NCBI GenBank assembly: GCA_964188305.1 | Contig: OZ076901.1 | Length of the DNA: 64,000 nt | Direction: 5' to 3' (one strand) | DNA from: Podarcis bocagei | Taxonomy: Eukaryota | In this document: piece by piece, positions 1 through 12,720 of the stretch | How the letters are laid out: every line of letters starts with the position of its first letter | Position numbering within the stretch: position 1 is the first letter of the stretch | Notes under the pieces: model-generated | The model's database searches: none | What the model saw: only the letters and a program-made list of their open reading frames with translations | What the model was told of the DNA's origin: nothing | Program-made: the position numbers and the translations under genes

Positions 1-504
1 GGCCTCAATAAATCTGTTGTTCTCATTTGTCTTTCAGGATTTAGCTGACCTGTTTTTAACTTCCTGCAGTTGCCATTTTTCAGTGTTTGAATATTAAGGC
101 CCAGCTTAAATGTATTAATTTATATGTGAATCTTTTCCAGCTACTGCCTGTATGCTTCGTACGCATTTAGAGGGAATGCTTAGCACTGTGCCATTTTCTG
201 TCAGTTTAATATGTGACTCTACGTGGGTATTTGCTGCCTTCACTTTACTTTGTTTATCCCTAGGGTAGAGTGCTGATATTGAAGCAATGTAGGTTAGTTA
301 TTTAAGTGGACGGGCCAACTGTTAATGGTGTCCCTTGTAGATAGAAACACTGTAATTACAAGCAGCGAGCACTCACCTCTTCAAATGCTTCAGGTTGTGT
401 GTGTTCCCATTTGGACTTTGCAGCAAACAGCGTCCTGAAATGGGAATGAGAAGTTGTTCTCTCTAAAACTGTTTTCCTTATACACTACACCTGTGGTTAA
501 AATT

Positions 505-631
505 GTAGAATCATAGAAGGGACCATGAGGGTGCTAGAGTCCAACCCCCTGCAATGCAGGAATCTTTTGCCCAACATGGGACTCGAACCCACGACCCGGA
601 GATTAAGAGTCTCATGCTCTACTGACTGAGG
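505..631 (-). mobile_element. tRNA-Lys(CTT)-derived SINE with CR1-like 3' tail
   Basis: Minus strand reads CTCAGTCAGTAGAGCATGAGACT-CTT-AATCTCCGGGTCGTGGGTTCGAGTCCCATGTTGGGCA (tRNA-Lys body lacking the 5' acceptor strand), followed by GGGGTTGGACT...GGTCCCTTCTATGATTCTA, a CR1-type 3' end. Confidence 0.8.
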
Positions 632-2275
632 TTACTATGGCAGTACCTAATTCTGGGCATTATGGCTTTGAGAGCTATCAGTTGTGAAGGTGGCTGCCAT
701 TTTTTATTATTTTTACCTGCATCCTAATATTGAAGAGTGGATAATATGTTTTGTAGCTTTTCTATATTGCCGTTTTTGCTCACAGGAAAGACTCACTGAA
801 ACTTTCTGCAATGTATGTGTTTGTATGTCTGTATAAAACAGGAAATAAGCAGCATTTAGCTGAAAAGATATGCATTGGTCAAACAGTTTTTGTGCACTAA
901 TTGCTGCCTGATTGAACTTCCGCTGGTGAGGAAAATGAGCGATGGGGAGGATTATATCCCTTCTGCTGTGGAGTTTCACATAAAGGGGGGCTAGTACCAA
1001 AGAGACCCTGCCATTTATTCTGGCAGATGTCTCCATGAAAATAGAGAACGTAGAGAAAGCCTTCATTAGTTGTTCTTAATACTTAGAATGGTAAAGAATT
1101 CTTTCTTTCTTTTTTAAGGAGAAGGTGCTCCCTCAGGTTGCTATTGATGTTTATTGTGAGACATAGCACATGCACACAATTGCCCAGCCCAGCCCACAGT
1201 TTCCCTGGTCAAAAGAATAAGAATAATAACAACAAAAGTACCCTGAAATATAATGCAGGTACAAGTGTTGTTGGTTTACAATACCTATGTTAGTCCCCAG
1301 CTTCGGAGTCAAGCACACTAGCAGGAAAGAGGAAGCAACTGAGTTATACCAGCTCACTGCTTGCTTCGGGGTGGCAGAAGAAATACACTTGGCACTGTAT
1401 CCAGCTAAGCTGTATGCAGAGTACAACTCCCTGAAATTAATAGACCCAATTTATTCACTCCCATTGTTTTCTACTCTGAGTTGGATCAGCCTTAGATGCA
1501 ATCCTCTGGATATAGACTACATGGTCACCCCTTGTATCTCCTCCAAAACGAAGAAGCATAAGTGTTGGCACACTGAATCTTGGCACAATCCAGGAGGGGC
1601 CAGGAGAAACTTTGATCCCCCTGGTGGTAGTCCATAGCATCCTAGGGAATCCCACATCACGTTTTGCTGCTACTTCTTGTGCTCCTTGCTGCCACTGCAC
1701 AGTTCACACATATCTGCAGCCTGGCTTCCCCCTGTTCCCTGCGCCTCTCACCCACTTCAGCCCTCTGGTATCAGCAGATACAACTTACCCTTGGGCAGGG
1801 CAACATTCAGGGCTGCTAAGAAAAACTTGCCAGCTTCTAATTCTGTATATTTTAAGCACTCTAGGGAGGAGGCTCTGTTTGAGTGGCCTTGGGCACATCT
1901 GGCCGTGAGCTGGTCAGGGACTCTCGTCCAATAGTTAAGCACATTCTTTGCATGGGGAAGGTTTCATGTTTTTGTCCCCAGAATCTCCAGCTAGGGTTGT
2001 GGGGGGGATTCCTCTCTGAAATCCTAGAGGTCCCTGTGAACAGGCCGTGGTGTGACTGTGTTTCAGACAATTTCCTGATCCTCATCTCTGATCACCCTAG
2101 AGCTTAATGTAGGGCGATGAGGTGTCTTGCCGGCGATTCCGCCCTGCAGTCAGGTTAGAGAAACCTTCACTCCGCTTCCCGGCAGCGTCCATTGATCCTG
2201 CTTAACCTTAAACATTTAAAGTTCAATTTACCATTTAGGGAGTAAAAGGTATCCAAAGGGACTTGTGGCCATTGA

Positions 2276-2557
<282 letters not shown>

Positions 2558-3692
2558 TAAGTTAACGTGTGCAGGTGGGGCATTTCTGTATTCCCCGCCC
2601 CCAATCTTTCCCTTTTGAAAGAAGAGCATATTGGGAAAGAAGAGCACTAAGCACTGGGCAGGATGGTGGTGAATGCAGTGGTAGTGCTTGTTTTAATATT
2701 GTATTTATCATCAATGACCATCCTTCATGTAAAAGGTAAAGCAACACAGCTAAATCTACAAATACAAATAAAACACAGCAGTTAAGAAGACCATTGAGAT
2801 CATGGGCAGCATAAAAACAGCCAGTAAATTTTTAAAAATCCATTTTAAAAGCCTGGGAAAATAGAAGGACTGCTCTGATCATGTATGTGAAGCACTTGAA
2901 AGTTCTTAAATGTGCTCCAGAAATGTGAAGCATGCATATTATCTATATTAATAAGGCTGTCTAGTGATAAGGGGTTTTGATACTGACCCTGTACTGCTCA
3001 CCCTTTGGTCCAAAGGTAGCACACTAGAGAGCATGCACATGAAAACAACCGTCCATGGTTGGGGAAGTGTTATTTTTTGAAAAGGAGCCATTTTTTTCAT
3101 CTTTTGGGGCACAAACTTGTTCTGTGTTAAGAGATCAGTCAGGTGCATGTATTTAAAGCGGGGGTGGGGAACCTATGTCCCACAGTCCAATCTTGATCAT
3201 TAAATGATTCATTGATTGCATTTATAATTGCTGATTTGCTCATAAGCTCCCAAATAAGTCTCTTCTGAAAAAGAAAGGGACCACCAAATGTGCAAGAATT
3301 TTTAAACTGCCTGGCACTTTTTCCACATTGACTTGTCTGCATTGGGGCTATGATGTCCATCACTGAACATCAGATTGCTCCATTGATGAGTGGGGAGGGT
3401 TGATAATCCAACCTGCTCAGATCAGCTGAATGGCTCACAGGGGGGAGGGTCTCACCCATTGCTGGTATGCAGTTCCCAGAGAGCTGGCCAACAAGCCCTC
3501 AAACCAAAAAAGGTTAGCTATCCTTGTTTTATGGAATGCACTCAGAGGAGCTTGCTTCTGTTGAAATTAGACAGTGGAAGAACTCCTCGGATCCAACCCT
3601 GTGTAAGATGCATTTTTATGTTTCTATTTTATGTTACATGGAGATGAATATATTTTAAGTTGCCTTTTGTTTCCTTGGCTTTCTCCTTACAG

Positions 3693-3769
3693 AATGTTGC
3701 AAGAGACGCAGGTTTCGACAGCCTCAAAGCTGGAGGAGGCTGAACACAAAGTGCAAGCGTTGCAAACAG
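3693..3769 (+). CDS. CUX1: CUX1/CASP exon 7
   Basis: ttctccttacAG acceptor; encodes (R)[25 protein letters not shown](A); donor GTTTGC; 77 nt. Confidence 0.95.
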
Positions 3770-4800
3770 GTTTGCTATTTGACTGATTCAAACGGAGAAG
3801 GGGGAGGTACTTTGGGTTCATCAAAACATTGGCCACCTCCTCTCTTTGTACCGGAGCAGATGCAAGGCTACCAGTTTCCGAACCATAGTTAGGAGACCTC
3901 AAGCCTGCCATACATGACCTCACTCCCACTCACCTCCACTACCTACATGGATTTCTGGTGAGGATGAACTTTGGTTCACCATAGCATCCACACTGGTACT
4001 ATGGGAATGGCTTAGAACCAAGCTTAGAACACAAGATGGGCCCAAAGGGGGGGTACATCTATCCCAGCATCCAGTCCTCACAGTGGACAATGATTTGCTT
4101 ATGGGAAGCCATGCTCAGGCAGGATTTTCCCCTCCTACCAGACAAACTCTTTCTGTGGCCAGTTAAAGGTTGGGTCCTCAGCCCTCGACAAGCACCCTGG
4201 GATCTTTGTGGCCACCAATGGCCTTTGTTGAGGAGGGCCCTCTTATACCCCCAGACCTGGGACCAGATCAGTCTGTTGCCTATGACTCAGCTGCACCTTG
4301 ATTTCTGTGCCTGATGTTCTCAGAAAGACTTAGAGATGGAGGTTACTTTCCTTCCTTTGGCCCCCACACTGAAGTTCAGTCACTTGAAGTTGTCCCTCCC
4401 TCCCTCCCTTTCCTCTGTCTCTCCTTCCCTCCCTGCCAGTAGCTTGTTCTTGACGTACCTGCTCTTGCTTCCCTGCCTGAGCTTCAGCCTGCCTGGCTTC
4501 TTTCCCATCTGAAGCCAGAGCAGGTCCCCGTTTTAACTGGCACAAATGGTTTGTGTCACAGAAGCAGATCTATAAACGGAATATAATGTGCTTAGCTAGA
4601 TTCAGCGGGACAGAATCTGGAAACTTTCACTGTTCCTGAAAGAGAGAGAGAGTGTATGTGTGTGTGTTTTCTAAAGGAAAGAATTTTGAAAAGCTTTTAA
4701 GCCTTGTTTTTCTGCAATGTGATTTTGTTTGGTCAGGGAGAAAGCTTAATGCAAGATGACTTTTCAGACAGAGAACAGTTTATAGTTCAATAGTAATTGA

Positions 4801-4950
<150 letters not shown>

Positions 4951-5169
4951 TAAGACTTCTTGGCTCCTCTTTAGATATACGCCGCGTGTTTTTAGTGCTC
5001 TGCCATCTTCATGTCATTGGGTAAAGCAAAATAGATTTTTTTAAAAACTGGGCCTTGTTCTTAGACATGATGACTTCATCTACATATTTCTTTTCTGATA
5101 TAAATGGAAGTGCCTCTGCAGGGTGCAGCAGAAACACAATAATTATATGGTTCTATATGCTTGGGTTAG

Positions 5170-5530
5170 GGATGCGGGTGGCGCTGTGGGTAAAACCTCA
5201 GCGCCTAGGACTTGCCGATCGTCAGGTCGGCGGTTCGAATCCCCACGGCGGGGTGCGCTCCCATTGCTCGGTCCCAGCTCCTGCCAACCTAGCAGTTCGA
5301 AAGCACCCTCGGGTGCAAGTAGATAAATAGGGACTGCTTACTAGCGGGAAGATAAACGGCGTTTCCGTGTGCTGCGCTGGCTCGCCAGATGCAGCTTGTC
5401 ACGCTGGCCACGTGACCCGGAAGTGTCTTCGGACAGCGCTGGCCCCCAGCCTCTTAAGCAAGATGGGCGCACAACCCCAAAGTCGGACACGACTGGCCCG
5501 TACGGGCAGGGGTACCTTTACCTTTACCTT
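5170..5530 (+). mobile_element. Sauria SINE, full length
   Basis: tRNA-like head with GGTTCGAATCC B box, GTGCAAGTAGATAAATAGG core and (ACCTTT)n tail; 16-bp TSD TATATGCTTGG(G/A)TTAG at 5154-5169 and 5531-5546. Confidence 0.92.
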
Positions 5531-6585
5531 TATATGCTTGGATTAGCATAGGAACAATAAAATTGGGGGGGGGGGAGGCACAGGTGTAGTGGGTCTTAAC
5601 ATTTCAAGAGCACCATGCTTGCTCTTCCCTATGGCCCCAAATCCACACAGGGATGAAAGTAGCCAAGAGGATCTTGATACCAGCATATGAAGTTGCTTTA
5701 AAGTGAGTCTGGCGCTCTGACACTGAGAGGTTGCCACTGCCCAAGATTTAACCCATCTTCTTGATGGAACTAGTGTCACACACCCCACTTTCCAACAAGA
5801 TAGGTTATTCTAAAATGAAAACCTTGTGGTGGTGGCTCCATCCAACACCATTGATTTATGGGACCAGCAGCACTAGATGCCCGTTGCTAACACAGCAAAC
5901 AGCTAACGGCATTCCTACAGATAACCTCAGTGAGAAAAGGGCTCAGGTTGCTCCCAAGGAGTTGGATTTGTGTCTACCATTTGTCCAAGGAGGAAGTATG
6001 CCCCCAAAGATTCTTTATTGTCTATCTCTGGGGCAGTGAAGGTGTTAATGACTAGAACAAAAATGGCTTTGCAGTACGTCAACTGGGATACTAGAATCTG
6101 AAATCGACAAGATGCCATCAGTAAAGTTTTCCATGTGTAGGCTTGAAATAAAATGCAATTAGGCCTTTATGTGCAGAACAAGGATCCATTGATGACTACA
6201 GCTGGTCTTTGTTTTCATCTGTCACTGAGTGTGGGAGGTAGAAAGTGCTCCTCTTCATGTTTATTAATGCAGGATTCCTGAGACAAATGGCAAGCACAGT
6301 TTAATGTTTGTTGGGACATGGTGGGGCTTGCCAAAACAGTTGTGTAAGAGGATTTCAAGGTTTTCAGATTGCGGCTCTTCCTAGGTTAAATAAATGGATG
6401 GCAGGCCTGTCTGTTTCTCTTCAAGAGGCAAGCCAAGCAGGAGAGACCTGAGAGAAGCAGCAGCAGCAATAAATGGGGAGCACTTGGAGGAACTGGGCAA
6501 GAGGAGGCAAGACTTGGCAGTGAATGAAGGGTGAAGGAGGAGACAGGACAAGGAGAGACATGGTTGTTCTGCCAGGATGGTTGAA

Positions 6586-6791
6586 GGGAGGAACCCCAGC
6601 TCAGTGAGAGAGCCCCTGCTTTTGCATGTAGAAGATCCCAGGTCCAGTCCCCAGCACCTCTAGTTTTAAAAAGGGTCAGTGGAAAAAGACCTGTTAACTC
6701 CAAAACCCTGGAAAGATGCAATCAGAGTAGACAGTATTGGAGTAGATAGGCAAATAGCCTGGCCTGATAGACAGCATCTCCCTTTGTTCCT
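6586..6791 (+). mobile_element. Old tRNA-headed squamate SINE with CR1-like tail
   Basis: GCTCAGTG...TTGCATGTAGAAGATCCCAGGTCCAGTCCCCAGCA head and GAGTAGATAGG...TGTTCCT tail; related copies near 34925-35077 (+), 36127-36307 (-) and 43740-43900 (+). Confidence 0.6.
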
Positions 6792-8039
6792 TTGAGGACT
6801 GGTTCAGACCTGCATTCTATATGAGCCATATTGCAGTTTTCTGGCAGCAATGGGGCAGACACATTTCTGAAATCTGAATTTGTGGTTAACCACCAGGATG
6901 AATGTCTTACCCAGCCTCAGTGGAAGAATGAGACGCAATGGGTCTAGGTTGTATTGAAGCATGTTAGGTGCGATTTTGGGAAACTTCCTGTGCATTAGAA
7001 ATGGTGGATCAAGTTTCTTGGGGACTCTGACACACTGTTCATGCAGTTTTTTAAAAGGAGTTGCTTGGGTAGCACTGTCGCCTATATGTGCATTATTTTA
7101 AATTTCCGGTGGGATTTATGCAATAGCCACTTTACCTTACAAATTTGCACATGTCTCTTAAAATGTAGGTGCTGTGGGACTGGGACTTAAAGGAAGTAGA
7201 TAGACTGGGGTGGGGAAATTCTTCTAGCCTCTGGGTAAGATCAGAATATTATCATTTGAATGTGAACCAAATTTTATAAATGGACAAAGTTGCATATCTG
7301 TCAGTCAACTGACATCACACTTTGAATTCCCAATTGTTGGGACTTCAAAGTCAGTACAACGTTGAAACGCCCTGTTGCTGCTTGTGTAGAAGAGGGTGCT
7401 GAGAGTCCCCCCTCCCTCCCGGACTGGTGAGTCATCCAAATCCAGCCCTGGAACCCTGATCATGACATTCCTTGTCCTTACAGTTGATATTGTAGGTGAA
7501 TGTTTAGCTGCACCAGCTCAGGTTAGGCATCACAGCCATAGCATCATTTGACCATTGTTTGTGGACCTCAGGCTTGTACAGCCCAGAATGGGAAACTGCA
7601 GTTTAAACTAGGTTTCCCAGACTGATCTGGAGGCAAGCTAGTTTGCACTAGACATGGCTATCCCAATCTGCACATCTTGGCAAACTCTAGTTGTTGCAGA
7701 CTTGAAAGCAAGAAATGGAATTGGAGTGCATGAAGGGAAGAAGGAGCTTGGAAGCCCATCTGTGATAAGAAACCATTGTTTGGTGATGAGTCTGAAATGG
7801 GCACTGTGATTAAAATTAGGTAGGACAACAAAGGGACAGATACTTTGGCTCTGTGGGGAAAAGCAGGGTTCTCTACCATCGTTTTTGCTGCTTTTGTCTC
7901 ACATTCTTCACCAGCAGCATGGCTATTGGCCAGGGATGATGCAGTCCAAAACATCTGGAGAGTACCAGGTTGGGGAAGGATGCTATACTGTAGTGGCTCT
8001 GTCTATAGCTGTGTTGTTAATGATGTAATCACTCACCTC

Positions 8040-8263
8040 AGTGTTGTAAAGTTGACTGAGAGCCAGTGTTGGACTAGGACTTGGGAGACCAGGGTTCAAA
8101 TCCCCACTAAGCCATGAAGCTCCTTGGGTGACTCATGGGCCAGTCACTGCCTCTCAGCCTGACCCTCCTCCCAGTATTGCTATGAGGATAAAACAGGGTG
8201 TATGGGAACCATGTATACCACCTTGAGCTCATTGGAGGAAAGGTGGGATATAAATCTAATTAA
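8040..8263 (+). mobile_element. MIR-like/CORE SINE (Squam3-like)
   Basis: GTGTTGGACTAGGACTTGGGAGACCAGGGTTCAAATCCCCAC..GCCATGAAGCTC..GGGTGAC head and core, with GAGGAAAGGTGGGATATAAAT tail. Confidence 0.7.
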
Positions 8264-10499
8264 TTTTGTCATTCTTATAGTCCACCTTTCTAGCTGAATG
8301 GCCTGACAAGGTGGCTTTTTTAAAAAGCAGCATTGCACCTAAAATTTCATCAATAGTTTAAAAACCAATTTAGGTCCTTAAAAACCTAATATATAAGCAT
8401 AACTAGGAGTAAAGTGCTCTGGGATAAAATGCAAGTCTGCAGAAGGAAATGCCCACCGTGACACTCTGCCTGTTTCTGACAGGCTGCCTTGCCCCCTGTG
8501 AATGTGATCCAAGCAGCATATGGCACCCAATGGGGCCTGGGTTTCTCCTAATAGAGCGGAGGCTCAAACCTCTAGCCAGAAGCTGATTAGCTTTAAGCAC
8601 CTTCAGTCACATAGTGTAACCTCTGTCTCTTTCTTCCCCTCACCTTACCAGTGCAGCCTTCAGTCCTTAATAAGGTGGCAATTCAAATTTATGATCAGCA
8701 CAGCTGTGATGTCCTGGAAATGTACTTGCTGGCAGGGGAGCAGATGCCTTCTCTGGAATGAGGGAGAATAACAGGAGACTCTATGGGTGCTTTTCTTCCC
8801 TCTGCGCCCCTCTCTCCCCAGGCAAAAATATTAAAAGTTGGATTTTAGTAGAAGTGTCTTTCTAAGCTATGGGATGTACGGCTTAGTTGGGTTGGGGATT
8901 TCTTTTATTTTCCCTGATGGTGTTTTTGATTTCTTGGGAAGGGGTATGTTAGTGCTTTCTCCTTAAATATTCATACCATTTCCCCCCTGGGATTTGTTTT
9001 TAGTGAAATTGGGAGGGGCCTGGCATCGTTGGAGTGCATGTGAGAAGCTTGGGTGGAGTTTAGGAATGTAACTGGCCTCCCATGTTATCCCTCCTGCTCC
9101 CTAAAATCTATGGGGAAGACTCTTTTCTGTGTCCCGATGTGGCTGGGTTCCAAGTTGGTCTGGAGGCACGAGAGGGCCCTTTTCTGTCGCCTCTCCCCAG
9201 CTGCAGAGCTTGATCCCATGGGAGGTTTATTTGGCCCTCTGCTTTTAGCTTCCCCTTCCAGTTGCACTTTTTATCAACCTTTGCATTTGCTCCTTTGCTG
9301 CTTGGGTTTCAGCTGATACACTTGTTGATTGTTTTGCTGTATTTTGATTGTTGTTGGCCGCTTGAGTGTTTGGTAAGTGGAAAGGCAGCAAATAAACATT
9401 CTTGAGACAGGTTTGATCTTTTAATTCCTGTGTCAGGTTTGGGTGCTAAATAGAGACTTCTATGCCCCAGTGTAGGGTTTTGTGGCCCCTAAAGAATGCC
9501 TTGCAAACAAACCCTCCCTACTTTGACTATCTTCCCAGTTGATTGGCAGTTGTGGCATGGAGGGCTCTATCTGGATGTCTGGAGCCACACAGCATGGTGG
9601 GTTTCAGGGAGACTTCCCCAGAATTCAGCCAGAGAGGGAATTTCAGATTGCGGCCCTGTTTGAGAGAAGGCTTCGTGTTTCTCTTTTTTATCTGGCAGAT
9701 TGTACTCAAATTGTCTCCTCTGTAACATTTCTAATCCCCACCCCACTGTGCATAATCAGGTGTGCCTTCCCTTGATATGAATATCTGAAATACTGTGGTA
9801 ATGTTTCTAAATTTAAGATCTTCAGAATCTTAAAACTCAGATTTTTAAGGACCAGTGTTGGATAGTGCGTAAATTTTTGTGCTGCCGCCGTGTTTTACTT
9901 TGAGGCCCGTAATACTAAAACAAGTTTTTTCTAAAGCGTAAATGCTGCATTAGCTACGCCTGAGCTCCCAGGTCCACAATGTTTTATGTGTCATGTTATG
10001 CGTATTAACTGTACCCCCACCCAGCCTTGTGATCAGTTTTTCTCTCTTCCCAAATAGGCCTACTATTGCTTTGTTGCTCCCATAGAAATGTAGACAAGTC
10101 GATCTGTGGCTCCGATAGCAAGCAAACATTTCACCAACAGCAGTATCATCTTACCTGCTTTGTTTCTCTCTAGATGCTGCTCACTGTGCAGTTTGACTGC
10201 TGCATTTGCAGGATGATGGTCTCGCTAAGGTTACATTTTGGTCCTTATCTGAGAGTAAATGTGGAGCAGGGGGGCAGCGGAAATAATATAATGGGAGTAC
10301 AATTTGCTCCACAAAAGGGTTCCCACCTCTGCTCTGCTCCCCACCCTCTCTCCAGCGTGGAAATCTCTCCTGTACCCTCCCGTAAAGCAAATTTAATATG
10401 GCACCAAACAGCTGGCTGGCTTGGAAACTGAAAAGTTTCCTTTCCAAGAGAAAGGGAGGGAGATAATTGAACGCTTTGATTTGTTTCATGGTTTGTTTG

Positions 10500-10930
10500 C
10501 CCTTTCATTCCTTTCCCGAGGTGCTGTTTGTTGAGGAATGTCTCCAATTGCCAGGGAGATGGTGGGGTGTCTAATACTTTCCCGCCAGCACTCCTTTCAG
10601 CCAGAGCCGAGGACCATGGCAAGCTTGCGACATGCATTTTTAATGCAGAACTCTATACCCCGGCCCTTGCAGCACGGCGGCGCGGCCCTCTCTGGAGCTT
10701 TCAGATTTAACGCTCCGCTGAACAAAGCACAGGCTCAGGGCAGTCGGCATCAGCTGGCATTAACCCCTGCGCGGACCAGTTAATTTCCCCACAGAGCCGG
10801 CCAGGGAGACGGCGAAAGGCTTTTGTTCCATTTATTTGATTATTTCCAACATTGCAACGGTGCCTTCAGATACAGATTTATTGTTGGTCTCGTTTGCTGA
10901 TCCCGATTGCTGCAATCTATCAGCATGTAG
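10500..10930. promoter_or_regulatory. Candidate conserved intronic element (intron 8)
   Basis: Non-repetitive block retaining CpGs, with AACAAAG (SOX), TAATT and TATTTGATTATTT motifs. Conservation not verified. Confidence 0.35.
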
Positions 10931-11675
10931 GACCTTTCCTTACTTGTGGCTAACTCTTCGCAACAGCCTGCATAGATCCCTCTCCTCTCCTCTTGAAGAA
11001 GCATGGGGATTATGTGGAGTTGAACACATGTAGCTTCCTTGTACCAAATCAGAGCATTCGCCCACCTAACCCCAGGCTGTCCGCTTGTACTGGCAGCAAC
11101 CTGCCACGGTCTCAGTTCTTTTGCAGCCATGTTGCGTGATGATTTCTGGGGATGAAGACCTGGGGACTTCCTGAATGTAAAGGAGGGTTCTCCAATGAGT
11201 TATATATAGCCTCTTCTGTGGTGCCACGTAGGCTGGCATGGAACTGATATTCTTACAGTCTTGTGACCTTCTTCTGACTGTACGGGAAAGTTTTCTGATG
11301 GATCAGTAAATGATAAGAAATGGTTGAATAACATCTGCTTACGCTTGCTCCCCCACTCCCGCTTCCTGTCTTTGCTGCTGTTCAAGCAGCAGTCTGTTTG
11401 GTGATGTTCAAGAACGTCTAGCTCAGGGTTTCTCAAACTTGGGTCTCCAGCTGTTTTTGGACTACAACTACCATCATCCCTAGGAATGGGAGGTATTCCA
11501 AGTCAGATGTGATTCCCAAGCAGACTTCAGCACCTCTTAGTTTGAGAAATCAACCCCTGGTGTTCAGAACCCACCAACTCTCTCCCTTCTCCCACCCAGT
11601 CCCATTACACATTGTGAATAGATTCATGCCAGTGAAAACTTTCCTAGCCACAAACTTCACTCTGGGAGACTGCCA

Positions 11676-12049
11676 TTTTTTAAAATATTTATATTTTATT
11701 AAGGTGATTTCAGTTAAAAGAAATAAAGTGATACGGGGGGGGGGGGAGGAAGAAATACACCAAAGATACATATAAAAGCAAAAATATCAAAGAAAAGAAG
11801 AAGCAATATACAATATTCCCATACATTCTTGTATAAATTGGTATAGTGTTATTATCCTGGTGCTTATGTAAATGTTAATAGCCTACTACATTTTGTATAA
11901 ACTCATTCCAAATGCTATCGTATTTATCCATACAGAGTCTGTGCCTGTAAGCAGTCCGTTCATAAATTGCCAGTGATGTCATATTGTTAGTCCATTGATT
12001 GAAGGGTATCAAATTTTACTTTTCCAATTAATACTACTACTACTACTAC

Positions 12050-12084
<35 letters not shown>

Positions 12085-12720
12085 TCTTTATTGTCATTGT
12101 ACAACCTGTGTACAATGAAATTAAACAAGCCTCCCTCCCCCCAAACACTCAATCCCTTATCAAACAACACACCACCTCACAAGTCAATTTCGCTATGTTA
12201 TTTTTTGGTCAACTGCCTAACAGCCCGTGGATAGAAGATATTTTTTAGCCTGTTGGTACGACTGATTATACTTCTATATCTCCTACCGAAGGGTAGAAGA
12301 TTAAAGAGGCGATGGCTGGGGTGTGAGTCATCCCTGAGAATTTTTCTTGCTCTCCCAAGGCAACGATCCCTTGCGATGTCATCTAGCGGACTCAAGGGAC
12401 AGCCCATGATATCATTCTGATTCCTCAATATCAATCTCTTGGCCACCATTAGGGCGCAGAAAATCCATTTCCATTGTCCCGTTGATAATTTCCATACTGC
12501 AGATACATAGTTCAAGAAAATATTCTTGGCTGAAAGCTTTAACTTTTTCTGCACAGTCATGGTTACAGAGTCCAGCACTTTCTCCCAAAACTTGTTAAGA
12601 ACACCGTACAACCATGTGTTTCAGAGAGACGTTGTCCTTGCCACATCTCCAACGCTGAGTTATCGCAGCTAGCCCATTTTTATACAACTGTAACTCCGGG
12701 CTCTGCCATCGGCACCTAGC
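11676..12720 (-). mobile_element. L1/Tx1-like LINE 3' fragment, interrupted by a Rex1 insertion
   Basis: Minus strand at 12601-12660 gives a degenerate zinc knuckle RWRCGKDNVSLKHMVVRC, then KFWEKV...CALMVAKRLILRN, resuming as WKSKI..PSIN across the insertion; T-rich 3' UTR and A-tail near 11676-11700. Boundaries approximate. Confidence 0.65.
12029..12419 (-). mobile_element. Rex1/Babar-type LINE 3' fragment with microsatellite tail
   Basis: Encodes IMGCPLSPLDDIARDRCLGRARKILRDDSHPSHRLFNLLPFGRRYRSIISRTNRLKNIFYPRAVRQL (typical Rex1 C-terminus); 3' end GTACAATGACAATAAAG followed by (ATT)n(AGT)n. Confidence 0.8.

Noticed and set aside
568-631. Functional tRNA-Lys gene
   Set aside because: The 5' acceptor-stem strand is missing and the body runs into a CR1-like tail, so it is a SINE.
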